This document shows, piece by piece, positions 8,545 through 16,305 of a stretch of DNA of 49,654 nucleotides. The notes under the pieces were generated by a model. That model was given only the letters and a program-made list of their open reading frames with translations. It ran no database searches and had not been told where the DNA came from. Origin of the DNA: Oscillospiraceae bacterium (GTDB lineage Bacteria > Bacillota > Clostridia > Oscillospirales > Acutalibacteraceae). The position numbers and the translations under genes were made by a program. The DNA is taken from assembly GCA_015066575.1 (NCBI GenBank), contig SVOD01000002.1, forward strand, positions 1 through 49,654. The letters run 5' to 3'. Position 1 is the first letter of the stretch, and each line of letters begins with the position of its first letter.

Positions 8545-8838
8545 GGATTTGCGGAGCCCCTTGCGGGCTCCCAAATCCTTATTTGAATTCGGAATGCGGA
8601 ATGCGGAATGCGGAATTAGTGGTGGCAAGGCTACGCCTTGCATTTTAAAGATTTCTCGCAATCTCGAAATAATAAATCATTAGCTGTTACAAGGTTTTTT
8701 TACTTGTGAGTAAAGACTACATTTTCACAATAGAGCGAAGCGGAACAAGTGCGAATGTGTCGCCCTTTAATTCCGAATTCCGAACTCCGAATTCCGCATT
8801 GCTGTTCGCAAAACAGCGCGATAAATCCTTATTTGTCG
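8539..8838. repeat. Composite palindromic intergenic element, copy A
   Basis: Outer hairpin: aaataaggattt-gcggagccc-cttgc-gggctcc-c-aaatccttattt (8539-8584). Left arm: (AATKCGG)n at 8585-8618. Inner hairpin: gcaaggctacgccttgc (8625-8641). Conserved core: atagagcgaagcggaacaagtgcgaatgtgtcgccct (8730-8766). Right arm: the complementary (CCGMATT)n at 8767-8800. Terminal half-box: ataaatccttatttgtcg (8821-8838). Confidence 0.85.
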
Positions 8839-8851
8839 AAGGGAGAAACCT

Positions 8852-10420
8852 ATGAAAATTTTTCACGGTAACATATTAACTTTAGATGATAAGAATACCA
8901 CCGCTGCTTACCTGGTGGAAGAGGGCGGCAAAATTGCCTTTGTCGGCGATACCCTGCCTGAGAAGTACACCGCCGGTGAAATTGTGGAATTAGGCGAAAG
9001 AGCACTCATTCCCTCTTTTGCGGATACACACATTCACTTTGCTTCCTTTGCCACCTTCCATGCAGGGCTCAATGTGATGGAAGCGACAAGTAATAAGCAG
9101 ATTTTGCAAATGCTCAAATCTTATGCCGCCACGGCAAAAGAAAAACTGCTCATCACCTTCGGCGCTTCCCCCTACTCGGTGGAAGAAGGCAGGCTGGTCA
9201 ACCGCGAAGAATTGGACAGCGTTTGCCTCGATAAACCGGTCTTTATGGTCAAGTATGACGGGCACGCCTGCGTGGTCAACACAGCGCTGCTTAAAAAAAT
9301 TGAGAAGAAAGTGTGCAACCTGCGCGGCTACCACCCCGATTCGGGCGAAATGAACCAGGAAGCCTTCTTTGCCGTCAGCGACTATGTCACCAACTCTATT
9401 CCGATTTTGAGTTTGGTCAAGAATATGCAAAAAGCCGCCGACTTTATGGCAGGCAAGGGCATCGGTATGATTCACACGGTCAGCGGTGTCGGCTTTACGG
9501 CGGATATGGATGTAGATATGGAGCGCTGGTGCGGCAGAGGCTTTGAAAACGGTATGCAGCTGCGCGTATTTATGCAAACGATGACGGTTAAAAACGCGCT
9601 CAAGCGCAAGTTACCGCGCATCGGCGGTTGCTTTGCCTGCGCGCTTGACGGTTGCTTCGGCTCCGAGGATGCCGCGATGAACGAGCCCTATGAAGGCGGC
9701 GATAACAGCGGCGTACTGTATTACAGCGATGAACAGGTCATTGCCTTTTGTAAAGAAGCCAACCGCGCCGGCTTACAGATTGAAATGCACGCCATCGGCG
9801 ACAAAGCCTTTGACCAGGCAACCCGCGCGCTCAAAGCGGCGCTTGACGATTATCCGCGCGAGGACCACCGCCACGCCATTATTCACGATTGCCTGCCGAC
9901 AGAGGAAGGCATCAAAATCTGCGCCGACTACCATATTGCCATGCCGGTGCAAACCGCCTTTATTGACTGGCGCCAGGAGCCGGATGCCTATCTGGAAAAA
10001 ATTCTCGGCAAAGAGCGTTGCCGAAAACTCAACCCGATTAAAACATTTTTAGACAGCGGCATTGTTATGGGTGCAGGCTCGGATGGTCCCTGTACTTCCC
10101 CCGACCCGGTTGTGTGGCTGCACAAGGCGTGTAACCACGCTGTGCCGGAGCAGTCCATCAGTGTGTATGAGGCGCTGAGAATGTGCACCTACAACGGCTA
10201 TTGGCTGACATTTGATGAAAAAGAGCGCGGCAGTTTGGAGGTCGGCAAAATTGCCGATATGGTCATTCTCTCCGAAAACCCTTATGCTATCCCGGTCAGC
10301 GAACTAAAGCGCCTGAAAGTCGAGCAGCTCTACCTGCAAGGCAAAGAATACCGCCCCTGCCAAAAAGGCGCCGTGGGGCAGATTCTCTCCGGCATAAGAA
10401 ACAAAACGGCGAAAATTTAG
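8852..10420 (+). CDS. Amidohydrolase-family metal-dependent hydrolase (Amidohydro_3 / YtcJ-like)
   Basis: The product is 522 aa. It has an H-x-H metal motif (FADTHIHF), plus HAIGD and GSDGP blocks. RBS GGGAG lies upstream. Confidence 0.8.
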   Translation: MKIFHGNILTLDDKNTTAAYLVEEGGKIAFVGDTLPEKYTAGEIVELGERALIPSFADTHIHFASFATFHAGLNVMEATSNKQILQMLKSYAATAKEKLLITFGASPYSVEEGRLVNREELDSVCLDKPVFMVKYDGHACVVNTALLKKIEKKVCNLRGYHPDSGEMNQEAFFAVSDYVTNSIPILSLVKNMQKAADFMAGKGIGMIHTVSGVGFTADMDVDMERWCGRGFENGMQLRVFMQTMTVKNALKRKLPRIGGCFACALDGCFGSEDAAMNEPYEGGDNSGVLYYSDEQVIAFCKEANRAGLQIEMHAIGDKAFDQATRALKAALDDYPREDHRHAIIHDCLPTEEGIKICADYHIAMPVQTAFIDWRQEPDAYLEKILGKERCRKLNPIKTFLDSGIVMGAGSDGPCTSPDPVVWLHKACNHAVPEQSISVYEALRMCTYNGYWLTFDEKERGSLEVGKIADMVILSENPYAIPVSELKRLKVEQLYLQGKEYRPCQKGAVGQILSGIRNKTAKI

Positions 10421-10465
10421 CCGCTTTGTTTCGATAACAGATAACGGAATACAGGCAACAGAAAA

Positions 10466-10501
10466 GCGCGAATATATTGACAGATATCAATATATTCGCG
10501 C
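10466..10501. terminator. Bidirectional hairpin between convergent genes
   Basis: A perfect 15-bp stem gcgcgaatatattga / tcaatatattcgcgc with a 6-nt loop is followed by TTATTTATT. It sits between the + strand amidohydrolase stop (10420) and the - strand gene stop (10529). Confidence 0.6.
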
Positions 10502-10528
10502 TTATTTATTATTTGTGCCTGCGTATCA

Positions 10529-10921
10529 TTAAATCTTTTTTATCATTACTACGATGCAAATGAGTGCTGCTACACCGCCTATTCCCATTGTTACGAATCC
10601 GCCGAGCGTATCACCGGCGGTCAAAATTTCTTTAGGATTCTCCGGGTTATAGCGAATTTTCACCTCTTTGCCGACATGGTCAGTCGAGGAATATTCTTCC
10701 ACCCTGACAGTATATTTTGTGCCTTCCGCTTCAAAGCGGTAAGTCGTATACCCTCCTTGCGAGGGCTCCGCCAAGCGCACAATTTCAGCGGTTGTTTCCT
10801 CATAATTTTTCGGCAAACTTACATATTCTTTGATGCCGAAGCCGATAACCACCAGGCTTATCGCCAGTCCTATTCCCGCGATAATCCTTTGCAGTAGAGG
10901 GTTTGTGATTTCAAATTGCAT
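10529..10921 (-). CDS. Small membrane protein, DUF3592-like (two TM helices flanking a beta-rich domain)
   Basis: The 130-aa product has N- and C-terminal hydrophobic helices (IIAGIGLAISLVVIGFGI; GGFVTMGIGGVAALICIVVMI) around a soluble core. Confidence 0.6.
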   Translation of the reverse strand: MQFEITNPLLQRIIAGIGLAISLVVIGFGIKEYVSLPKNYEETTAEIVRLAEPSQGGYTTYRFEAEGTKYTVRVEEYSSTDHVGKEVKIRYNPENPKEILTAGDTLGGFVTMGIGGVAALICIVVMIKKI

Positions 10922-10981
10922 TGGTTTTCCTTTATTGATATAGTCTTTTTGTCCGCTTGCGCAACAAATATCAAACTCGTT

Positions 10982-11041
10982 ATGATATATCGAAAATCTC
11001 TGTAATAGATTGATATCGATGTGCGCCCTGCATTGTAAAAA
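10982..11041. repeat. Left copy of ~60-bp direct repeat bracketing the four-helix-bundle gene
   Basis: The sequence atgatatatcgaaaatctctgtaaTagattGatatcgatgtgcgc-cctGcaTtGTaaaaa matches 11592-11653 at about 90% by eye. Confidence 0.85.
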
Positions 11042-11047
11042 GTATAT

Positions 11048-11416
11048 TTACTGTTTCGAACTTTTATTGTCGTTATTCTTTGCGGTAGTTATAGAGGCAA
11101 TTAACATTCTTTGAATCGTTCCCCGCACGTTATTTAACTGCTTATACTCTTTTTCACAAATGAGGCTTTGCCTAAACAACACTTCCAGCCAATACTCTGT
11201 TTCCGAACATTCTTTAAGCGATATTTCAAGTTTATTAATAAAATCCGCTCTGCTCTGAGCATACTTAGCCTCAAAAAGATTTGCTCCAATTGAGGAAGAA
11301 GATTTAATGATTTGTTGTTTGTAAACTTGATTTCCTTTAATATCTTTACACACTTCGGCAACCGAAATTGCAAATGTAATCGACATCTCTCTTAAATCAT
11401 TTTTATTATGTTTCAT
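11048..11416 (-). CDS. Four-helix-bundle protein (23S rRNA intervening-sequence protein / Avd-like family)
   Basis: The product is 122 aa. The pattern ...IIKSSSSIGANLFEAKYAQSRADFINKLEISLKECSETEYWLEVL... is typical of this family. RBS AGAGGA lies 5 nt upstream of the ATG at 11416. Confidence 0.8.
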   Translation of the reverse strand: MKHNKNDLREMSITFAISVAEVCKDIKGNQVYKQQIIKSSSSIGANLFEAKYAQSRADFINKLEISLKECSETEYWLEVLFRQSLICEKEYKQLNNVRGTIQRMLIASITTAKNNDNKSSKQ

Positions 11417-11432
11417 ATCTTTCCTCTTTTTA

Positions 11433-11629
11433 TCGATATATTGCTAACTCAATTCGATATGTTGATAAATCAACTCGATATAATCAAATTGTCATTTGAT
11501 TTCGATATGTTTGTTTCACAAACAAGTTTCGACATAAATCTCTCTTGTTACGCAGGAACATATCGAGTGCGCAGCACATATCGAATCATATATGATATAT
11601 CGAAAATCTCTGTAAGAGATTTATATCGA
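11433..11629. repeat. Array of nine TCGATAT / ATATCGA heptamers immediately upstream of the four-helix-bundle gene
   Basis: Direct-orientation copies start at 11433, 11454, 11475, 11502 and 11529 (the last is TCGACAT), with spacing 21, 21, 27, 27. Inverted copies (ATATCGA) start at 11560, 11578, 11597 and 11623. Confidence 0.7.
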
Positions 11630-11653
11630 TGTGCGCGCCCTACACTTCAAAAA
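11592..11653. repeat. Right copy of the ~60-bp direct repeat; overlaps the last codons and stop of the AlaX gene
   Basis: See 10982-11041. The AlaX stop (cta = TAG at 11640-11642) and its last 4 codons lie inside this copy. Confidence 0.85.
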
Positions 11654-12782
11654 ATCTTTTTATTTTTTCCAACCGCGCACAAAAACTGCCTCTTGCCATA
11701 TTGTCGCGCCCGCCGCCCTTGCCGCCGAGTGCGGCATTGGCTTCTTTAACCAAAGAGCCGATATCCGTTTCTTTGGCGGTTATCACATAGCGGTAGCCGT
11801 TGTTGTCATCGCCTTCGAGCACCACGATGATGCCGCCGACCTTATCTTTCAAGCCATCGGCAAACAGGCGCAAATCATCGCCCCGAAAATCACATACGGC
11901 AAGGTAGTTGCCGGCGGTCGGCACGACTGCCGCCACCGCTTCTGCCACCGCTTTGCGCTTGAGACCGACCAACTCATATTCCGCCGCTTCCTTCGCCGCC
12001 TTGAGTTTTTCTACGGCTGTGGCGGTTTTTTCTATTTTGGCACATAACAGGTGCGATATTTCCTGCGCCTGCCCCAACAGCATTGTGTAGTGCTCCAGCG
12101 CGCGCTCACCGCACTGTATCCACAGCTTGGTGCCGCCTTTGTAAGATTCGCTGCCGGTAATTTTAATGAGCCCTACCTGCCCCGTGCGCACGCAGTGCGG
12201 CGCACAACAGGCGCACACATCGGTGCCCTCAATTTCGACTAAGCGCACATTTTGTGTCAAATCCAATTTGGAGCGATAGTCTGTTTTTGCCAAGCTCTCG
12301 GCATCGGGGTAATAAGCACGCACGCCGACATTGCTGAAAACCACCGCATTGGCTTCTTTTTCCACCTGCGCGAGCAGCTCGTTACTTAGCGGCACATTAA
12401 AAGCGAGCGTAGTTTCACTGTCGGTAAGCGAAAACGAAATATTATCCGCCCCCGTGTGCATATGAATAATGCCGGAAACAATATGCTCCCCCGTGTGGTT
12501 TTGCATTCTGGAAAAGCGCTGTTCCCAATGGAGTCTGCCGCATACTGTGCCGGATATTTCTTCTTTTAAGTAGTGATAAATCACACCATCCTTTTCCTGC
12601 ACATCCAGGACCTCTTTGCCGCAAAGCGTGCCGCCGTCTGCCGCCTGCCCGCCGCCTTCGGGGAAAAACGCGGTTTTATCTAAAACCACCGCATAGCGCT
12701 TTCCCTGTTTTTCGCAGGAAAGCACCTGCGCTTCAAATTCTTTTATAAACGCATCTTCATCAAATAAACGAATTGTCTTCAT
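11640..12782 (-). CDS. alaX: Alanyl-tRNA editing protein, AlaX-L type (tRNA_SAD editing domain + C-terminal DHHA1-like domain)
   Basis: The 380-aa product has the zinc/editing motifs HTGEHIVSG (HxxxH) and CACCAPHC (CxxxH). Confidence 0.8.
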   Translation of the reverse strand: MKTIRLFDEDAFIKEFEAQVLSCEKQGKRYAVVLDKTAFFPEGGGQAADGGTLCGKEVLDVQEKDGVIYHYLKEEISGTVCGRLHWEQRFSRMQNHTGEHIVSGIIHMHTGADNISFSLTDSETTLAFNVPLSNELLAQVEKEANAVVFSNVGVRAYYPDAESLAKTDYRSKLDLTQNVRLVEIEGTDVCACCAPHCVRTGQVGLIKITGSESYKGGTKLWIQCGERALEHYTMLLGQAQEISHLLCAKIEKTATAVEKLKAAKEAAEYELVGLKRKAVAEAVAAVVPTAGNYLAVCDFRGDDLRLFADGLKDKVGGIIVVLEGDDNNGYRYVITAKETDIGSLVKEANAALGGKGGGRDNMARGSFCARLEKIKRFFEV

Positions 12783-12793
12783 CCTTCGCTCCT

Positions 12794-12949
12794 ACTGAAC
12801 CTTGAAAACCGAACACTTTTTTGCAAGGTTTCTGTCGCTTCAATTTCATTTTTCATACTTTTAATCGGGTAAGGGCAGAGCCCTTCCGCAACTCCACTCT
12901 CCACTCTTCACTCTCCAAACTGAATAAAGAGCCTCACGGCTCTTTATTC
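12794..12949. repeat. Partial member of the intergenic element family (copy F), including the glnN terminator hairpin
   Basis: It contains actgaaccttgaaaaccgaacac (compare the copy B right arm), hairpin aagggc-aga-gccctt (12871-12885; compare 47586-47600), and tandem (CCACTCT)n at 12891-12916. The terminal hairpin gaataaagagcc-tcac-ggctctttattc (12922-12949) contains the glnN stop codon. Confidence 0.6.
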
Positions 12950-15040
12950 TTTGACACTTAAGAGTAAATCTCCGTAAGTCGGGAAAGGCCACTTGTAGCG
13001 CGGCGATGCAAATTCAATCACATCGGCAGGCTTACGCAGTGCCTTCATCAGCGGCAAAACCTTATCGCAGTAGAACCTTGCCTGTGCGTGAATATCTTCA
13101 ATTTTTTCCGCCTCGTGCACAGCGCTTTCCAGCGCCTCCGTGGCGCGGTACACAAGCTCGGACTGCTCGGAAAGCCTAACCGCCAAGTCATCCTCGGCAA
13201 AGGTGGAAATGTGCGCATTTGCCGCGCGCTTGGCAACGGACGCTTCGCACAACTCCCTGGTGTATTCAATCGACATCGGGATGATTTCCTTTTGACTCAT
13301 CTTCACCATAGAGGATGCCTCGATATGAATAATCTTGGAGTAGTTTTCAAGATAGATTTCGTAGTTCGCTTCTAATTCTTCACGGGTATAAACCCCATAC
13401 TTTTCATAGAGCGCCACATTCTTTTCATCGAGCAAATGCTCGACCGCATCCACCGTGCTCTTGAGGTTGAGAAGCCCTCTACGCTCGGCTTCCGCCTCCC
13501 ACGCCTCATCATAACCGTTGCCGTTAAAGATAATACGCTTGTGGGCTTTGATGGTGCGCTTAAGTAAATTGTGCACCGCTTTGTCAAAATCTTCCGCCTG
13601 CTCGAGTTCGGTGGCAAATTCATCTAACTCTTTGGCAACTGCCGTGTTAATAACGACATTGGCATCCGCTATCGACTGGTTGGAGCCGACCATGCGAAAT
13701 TCAAATTTATTGCCGGTAAAGGCAAAGGGAGAAGTACGGTTTCTGTCGGTATTATCTTTGGGCAAATCCGGCAATACAACAGCGCCGATATCCATCTTTT
13801 CACCGGCTTTGTCAGTGTGGTGCTCATCGTGTTCAATCGCTTCGAGCACGGCATCCAAATCATCGCCCAAAAACATGGAAATGACAGCGGGCGGGGCTTC
13901 ATCCGCACCCAGCCTGTGGTCGTTGCCGGCGCTTGCCGCGGAAATCCTGAGCAAATCCTGGTACTCATCTACCGCTTTAATGACTGCGCACAGAAAGACC
14001 AAAAATTCGGCATTTTCACTCGGCGTTTTGCCGGGATTTAAGAGATTAAAGCCCGTATCGGTTGACAGGGACCAGTTATTGTGCTTGCCCGAACCGTTGA
14101 CACCCGCAAAGGGTTTTTCGTGCAGCAGGCAAACCATGCCGTGCTTGAGCGCCACGCGCTTCATTATTTCCATTGTCAGCTGATTCTGGTCGGTCGCGAG
14201 GTTGGTGGAGACAAAAATCGGTGCGAGCTCATGCTGGGCGGGCGCTACCTCATTGTGCTTGGTTTTTGCCATAATACCGAGCTTCCACAGTTCCTCATTA
14301 ACTTCATCCATAAAATCGGAAACGCGCCCTTTGAGCGAACCGAAATAGTGGTCATCAAGTTCCTGGCCTTTGGGCGGGTTTGAACCAAACAATGTTCTGC
14401 CGGTGTAGGTAATATCTTTTCTCTTATACGCCGCCTCTTTGTCGATAAGGAAATACTCCTGCTCGGCGCCGACGGTGGATTCGATTTTCTTGATATCCGT
14501 GAACCCGAAAAGCCTGACAATGCGCAGCGCCTGTTTGCTGACCGCTTCCATGGAGCGCAACAGCGGCGTTTTTTTATCTAACGCGTGCCCGCCGAAAGAG
14601 CAAAATGCAGTCGGAATGCACAACACGCCGTTTTTAATAAACGCATAAGACGTCGGGTCCCAGGCAGTGTAGCCGCGCGCTTCACAAGTGGTGCGTAAGC
14701 CACCGCTCGGGAAAGAAGAAGCATCCGGTTCACCTTTGATAAGCTCTTTGCCGGAAAACTCCATGATGACCTGCCCGTTTGGCGCCGGCGCAATAAAAGC
14801 ATCGTGCTTCTCCGCCGTGGCACCGGTCAAAGGCTGGAACCAGTGGGTATAATACACTGCACCGTTTTCAATCGCCCACTCCTTCATGGCAGTGGCAACC
14901 TCCGTAGCAATATCTTCACTGAGCGGTGCGTTTTCATCAATTGTTTTCTTGAGTGCTTTATAGGTCGCTTCAGGCAGTCTTTGCCGCATGACTGTTTCAT
15001 TAAAGCACATAGAGCCAAACAATTCGGGTATGTTTTTCAT
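12944..15040 (-). CDS. glnN: Glutamine synthetase, type III
   Basis: The product is ~698 aa from the ATG at 15040, with RBS AAAGGGG upstream. The ORF extends to a TTG at 15055. The GS core is visible (GVNGSGKHNNWSL), and the length and architecture are typical of GSIII. Confidence 0.9.
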   Translation of the reverse strand: MKNIPELFGSMCFNETVMRQRLPEATYKALKKTIDENAPLSEDIATEVATAMKEWAIENGAVYYTHWFQPLTGATAEKHDAFIAPAPNGQVIMEFSGKELIKGEPDASSFPSGGLRTTCEARGYTAWDPTSYAFIKNGVLCIPTAFCSFGGHALDKKTPLLRSMEAVSKQALRIVRLFGFTDIKKIESTVGAEQEYFLIDKEAAYKRKDITYTGRTLFGSNPPKGQELDDHYFGSLKGRVSDFMDEVNEELWKLGIMAKTKHNEVAPAQHELAPIFVSTNLATDQNQLTMEIMKRVALKHGMVCLLHEKPFAGVNGSGKHNNWSLSTDTGFNLLNPGKTPSENAEFLVFLCAVIKAVDEYQDLLRISAASAGNDHRLGADEAPPAVISMFLGDDLDAVLEAIEHDEHHTDKAGEKMDIGAVVLPDLPKDNTDRNRTSPFAFTGNKFEFRMVGSNQSIADANVVINTAVAKELDEFATELEQAEDFDKAVHNLLKRTIKAHKRIIFNGNGYDEAWEAEAERRGLLNLKSTVDAVEHLLDEKNVALYEKYGVYTREELEANYEIYLENYSKIIHIEASSMVKMSQKEIIPMSIEYTRELCEASVAKRAANAHISTFAEDDLAVRLSEQSELVYRATEALESAVHEAEKIEDIHAQARFYCDKVLPLMKALRKPADVIEFASPRYKWPFPTYGDLLLSVKE

Positions 15041-15144
15041 AAGAACCCCTTTCAAAACTCGAAAAATTAAATCTTAAATTTCTCCATTATATATAATATT
15101 ATATTATTGTTTTTTATGCAAGAAAAATCTTTTTTATGCTTAGT

Positions 15145-15164
15145 ATATTGATAATTATCAATAT
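15145..15164. promoter_or_regulatory. Perfect 20-bp palindrome upstream of glnN (candidate operator)
   Basis: atattgataa/ttatcaatat is perfectly self-complementary and lies ~105 nt upstream of the glnN start. Confidence 0.35.
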
Positions 15165-15169
15165 GTTGA

Positions 15170-15202
15170 AAATAAAAGCAAGCCGCCTGTTGCGACTTGC
15201 TT
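15170..15202 (-). terminator. Rho-independent terminator after the riboswitch-controlled two-gene operon
   Basis: The minus-strand RNA reads aagcaag-(12 nt)-cttgctt followed by UUUUAUUUU. It lies 50 nt downstream of the stop at 15254. Confidence 0.55.
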
Positions 15203-15253
15203 TTTTAAAGGGGGCGTAAAGAAGACTTACTTCCTTACAATAAGGTAATTTCT

Positions 15254-16288
15254 TTATTTTGTTTTCTTGCGAGTAGCCACCACTACACCCAGTGCAAGTA
15301 CCGCCACAGCGGCAATGCCGCAAGCGGCAAAGCTGTCGCCGGTAGCGGGGGTAGACTGCTGCGCGCTGCTGTCGGCAGCAGTGGTCGCCTGTGTGGTAGC
15401 ATCCTCGGAAGAGGTGGTCGTTTCGGGTTGCGGCTCATCTTGAGAAATTATGTTGTAATAAATCAGCGCTTTCAAAGCGTCTCTGGTCGCATAATTGTCT
15501 GCCGTACCGCCGAGGGCATAGGCAAAACCGCCGTTTTCGGCTGTAAAATTATCCACCAACAAAGCGTAAACCTCATCGGCTTTATCCTGATTTTCCAAAA
15601 TCGAATACATAAACAAAGCGGAAGCGGTGGAGTTACCGTTAGCATCGGTGCCGTATTCTGCCAAATAATAATAACCCTTATCGGTCTTGGCTTTTTCCAC
15701 CACATTGACCGCATCTGCCACCAATTCGTCGTCCGTGCTCATTGCGGCAAAATTAGCAGAGTTATCACTGCCGAAGCCCCAATAATCGTAGCCTGAACCT
15801 TGCGTGTAGTTCGCTTTGAGTTCCTCTTGAATTTGCTCCAAATAAGTACTGTCCTCCGCAAAAGCAATCACAAAGAAGTAATTATAGGGTGAATCCGCCG
15901 TTAAACCCGCATCGACTATTTTTTGCTCTAAGTCAATTTTGCTGTGGTCGTTGAGTTCAAATGCATTCACATCAACGTCCAGCTCTTTCAGACATAAACC
16001 TGCCAAAGCAATTCTGTCTGCCGTGTTCATACTTCCGGCTTCAAAAGCATCTTTGACACTTTGGATATAGGCGTCTTTAAAATCGGCGCCGTCACCACCT
16101 GCTAAAAGGTAGAGCAGGAAATCTAAACTTTCTGCGGCGGTAAACTCTGTTTTTTCGCCGTAGAGATAGTCTCTCGCTGCTTCCATTTTTGCTTTGACTT
16201 CATCGCTCTTCTCGCCTGCGAATGCCGCCATGGGCAGCAGGCTGATAATCAGAAGCACGCTGATGATAATCGCAACTGTTTTTTTCAT
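15254..16288 (-). CDS. Secreted, cell-wall-anchored all-helical repeat protein (prenyltransferase/terpene-cyclase-like alpha-toroid; candidate transcobalamin alpha-domain analog)
   Basis: The product is 344 aa with signal peptide MKKTVAIIISVLLIISLLPMAAFA. It has helical repeats with ..NGNSTASALFMY.. and ..GGFAYALGGTADNYATRDALKAL.. patterns. The C-terminus has TPATGD, a hydrophobic helix and RKKTK, which looks like a sortase-type sorting signal. Confidence 0.55.
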   Translation of the reverse strand: MKKTVAIIISVLLIISLLPMAAFAGEKSDEVKAKMEAARDYLYGEKTEFTAAESLDFLLYLLAGGDGADFKDAYIQSVKDAFEAGSMNTADRIALAGLCLKELDVDVNAFELNDHSKIDLEQKIVDAGLTADSPYNYFFVIAFAEDSTYLEQIQEELKANYTQGSGYDYWGFGSDNSANFAAMSTDDELVADAVNVVEKAKTDKGYYYLAEYGTDANGNSTASALFMYSILENQDKADEVYALLVDNFTAENGGFAYALGGTADNYATRDALKALIYYNIISQDEPQPETTTSSEDATTQATTAADSSAQQSTPATGDSFAACGIAAVAVLALGVVVATRKKTK

Positions 16289-16305
16289 GTTTGTTCCTCC
16301 TTAAG

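Noticed and set aside
8585-8800. I considered whether the short tandem repeats (GGAATGC x3-4, and similar arrays at 24131-24162, 17398-17430 and 12891-12916) form a CRISPR array.
   Set aside because: The units are 7-11 nt and contiguous with no spacers. Each array is paired with a reverse-complement array ~150 nt away. No cas genes are present. They are arms of the palindromic intergenic elements.
11408-12047. ORFs of 113 and 138 aa on the + strand (11408-11749 and 11631-12047).
   Set aside because: The first runs through the TCGATAT motif array and the direct repeat, and the second is antisense to the AlaX gene. Neither has an RBS, and their composition is odd.
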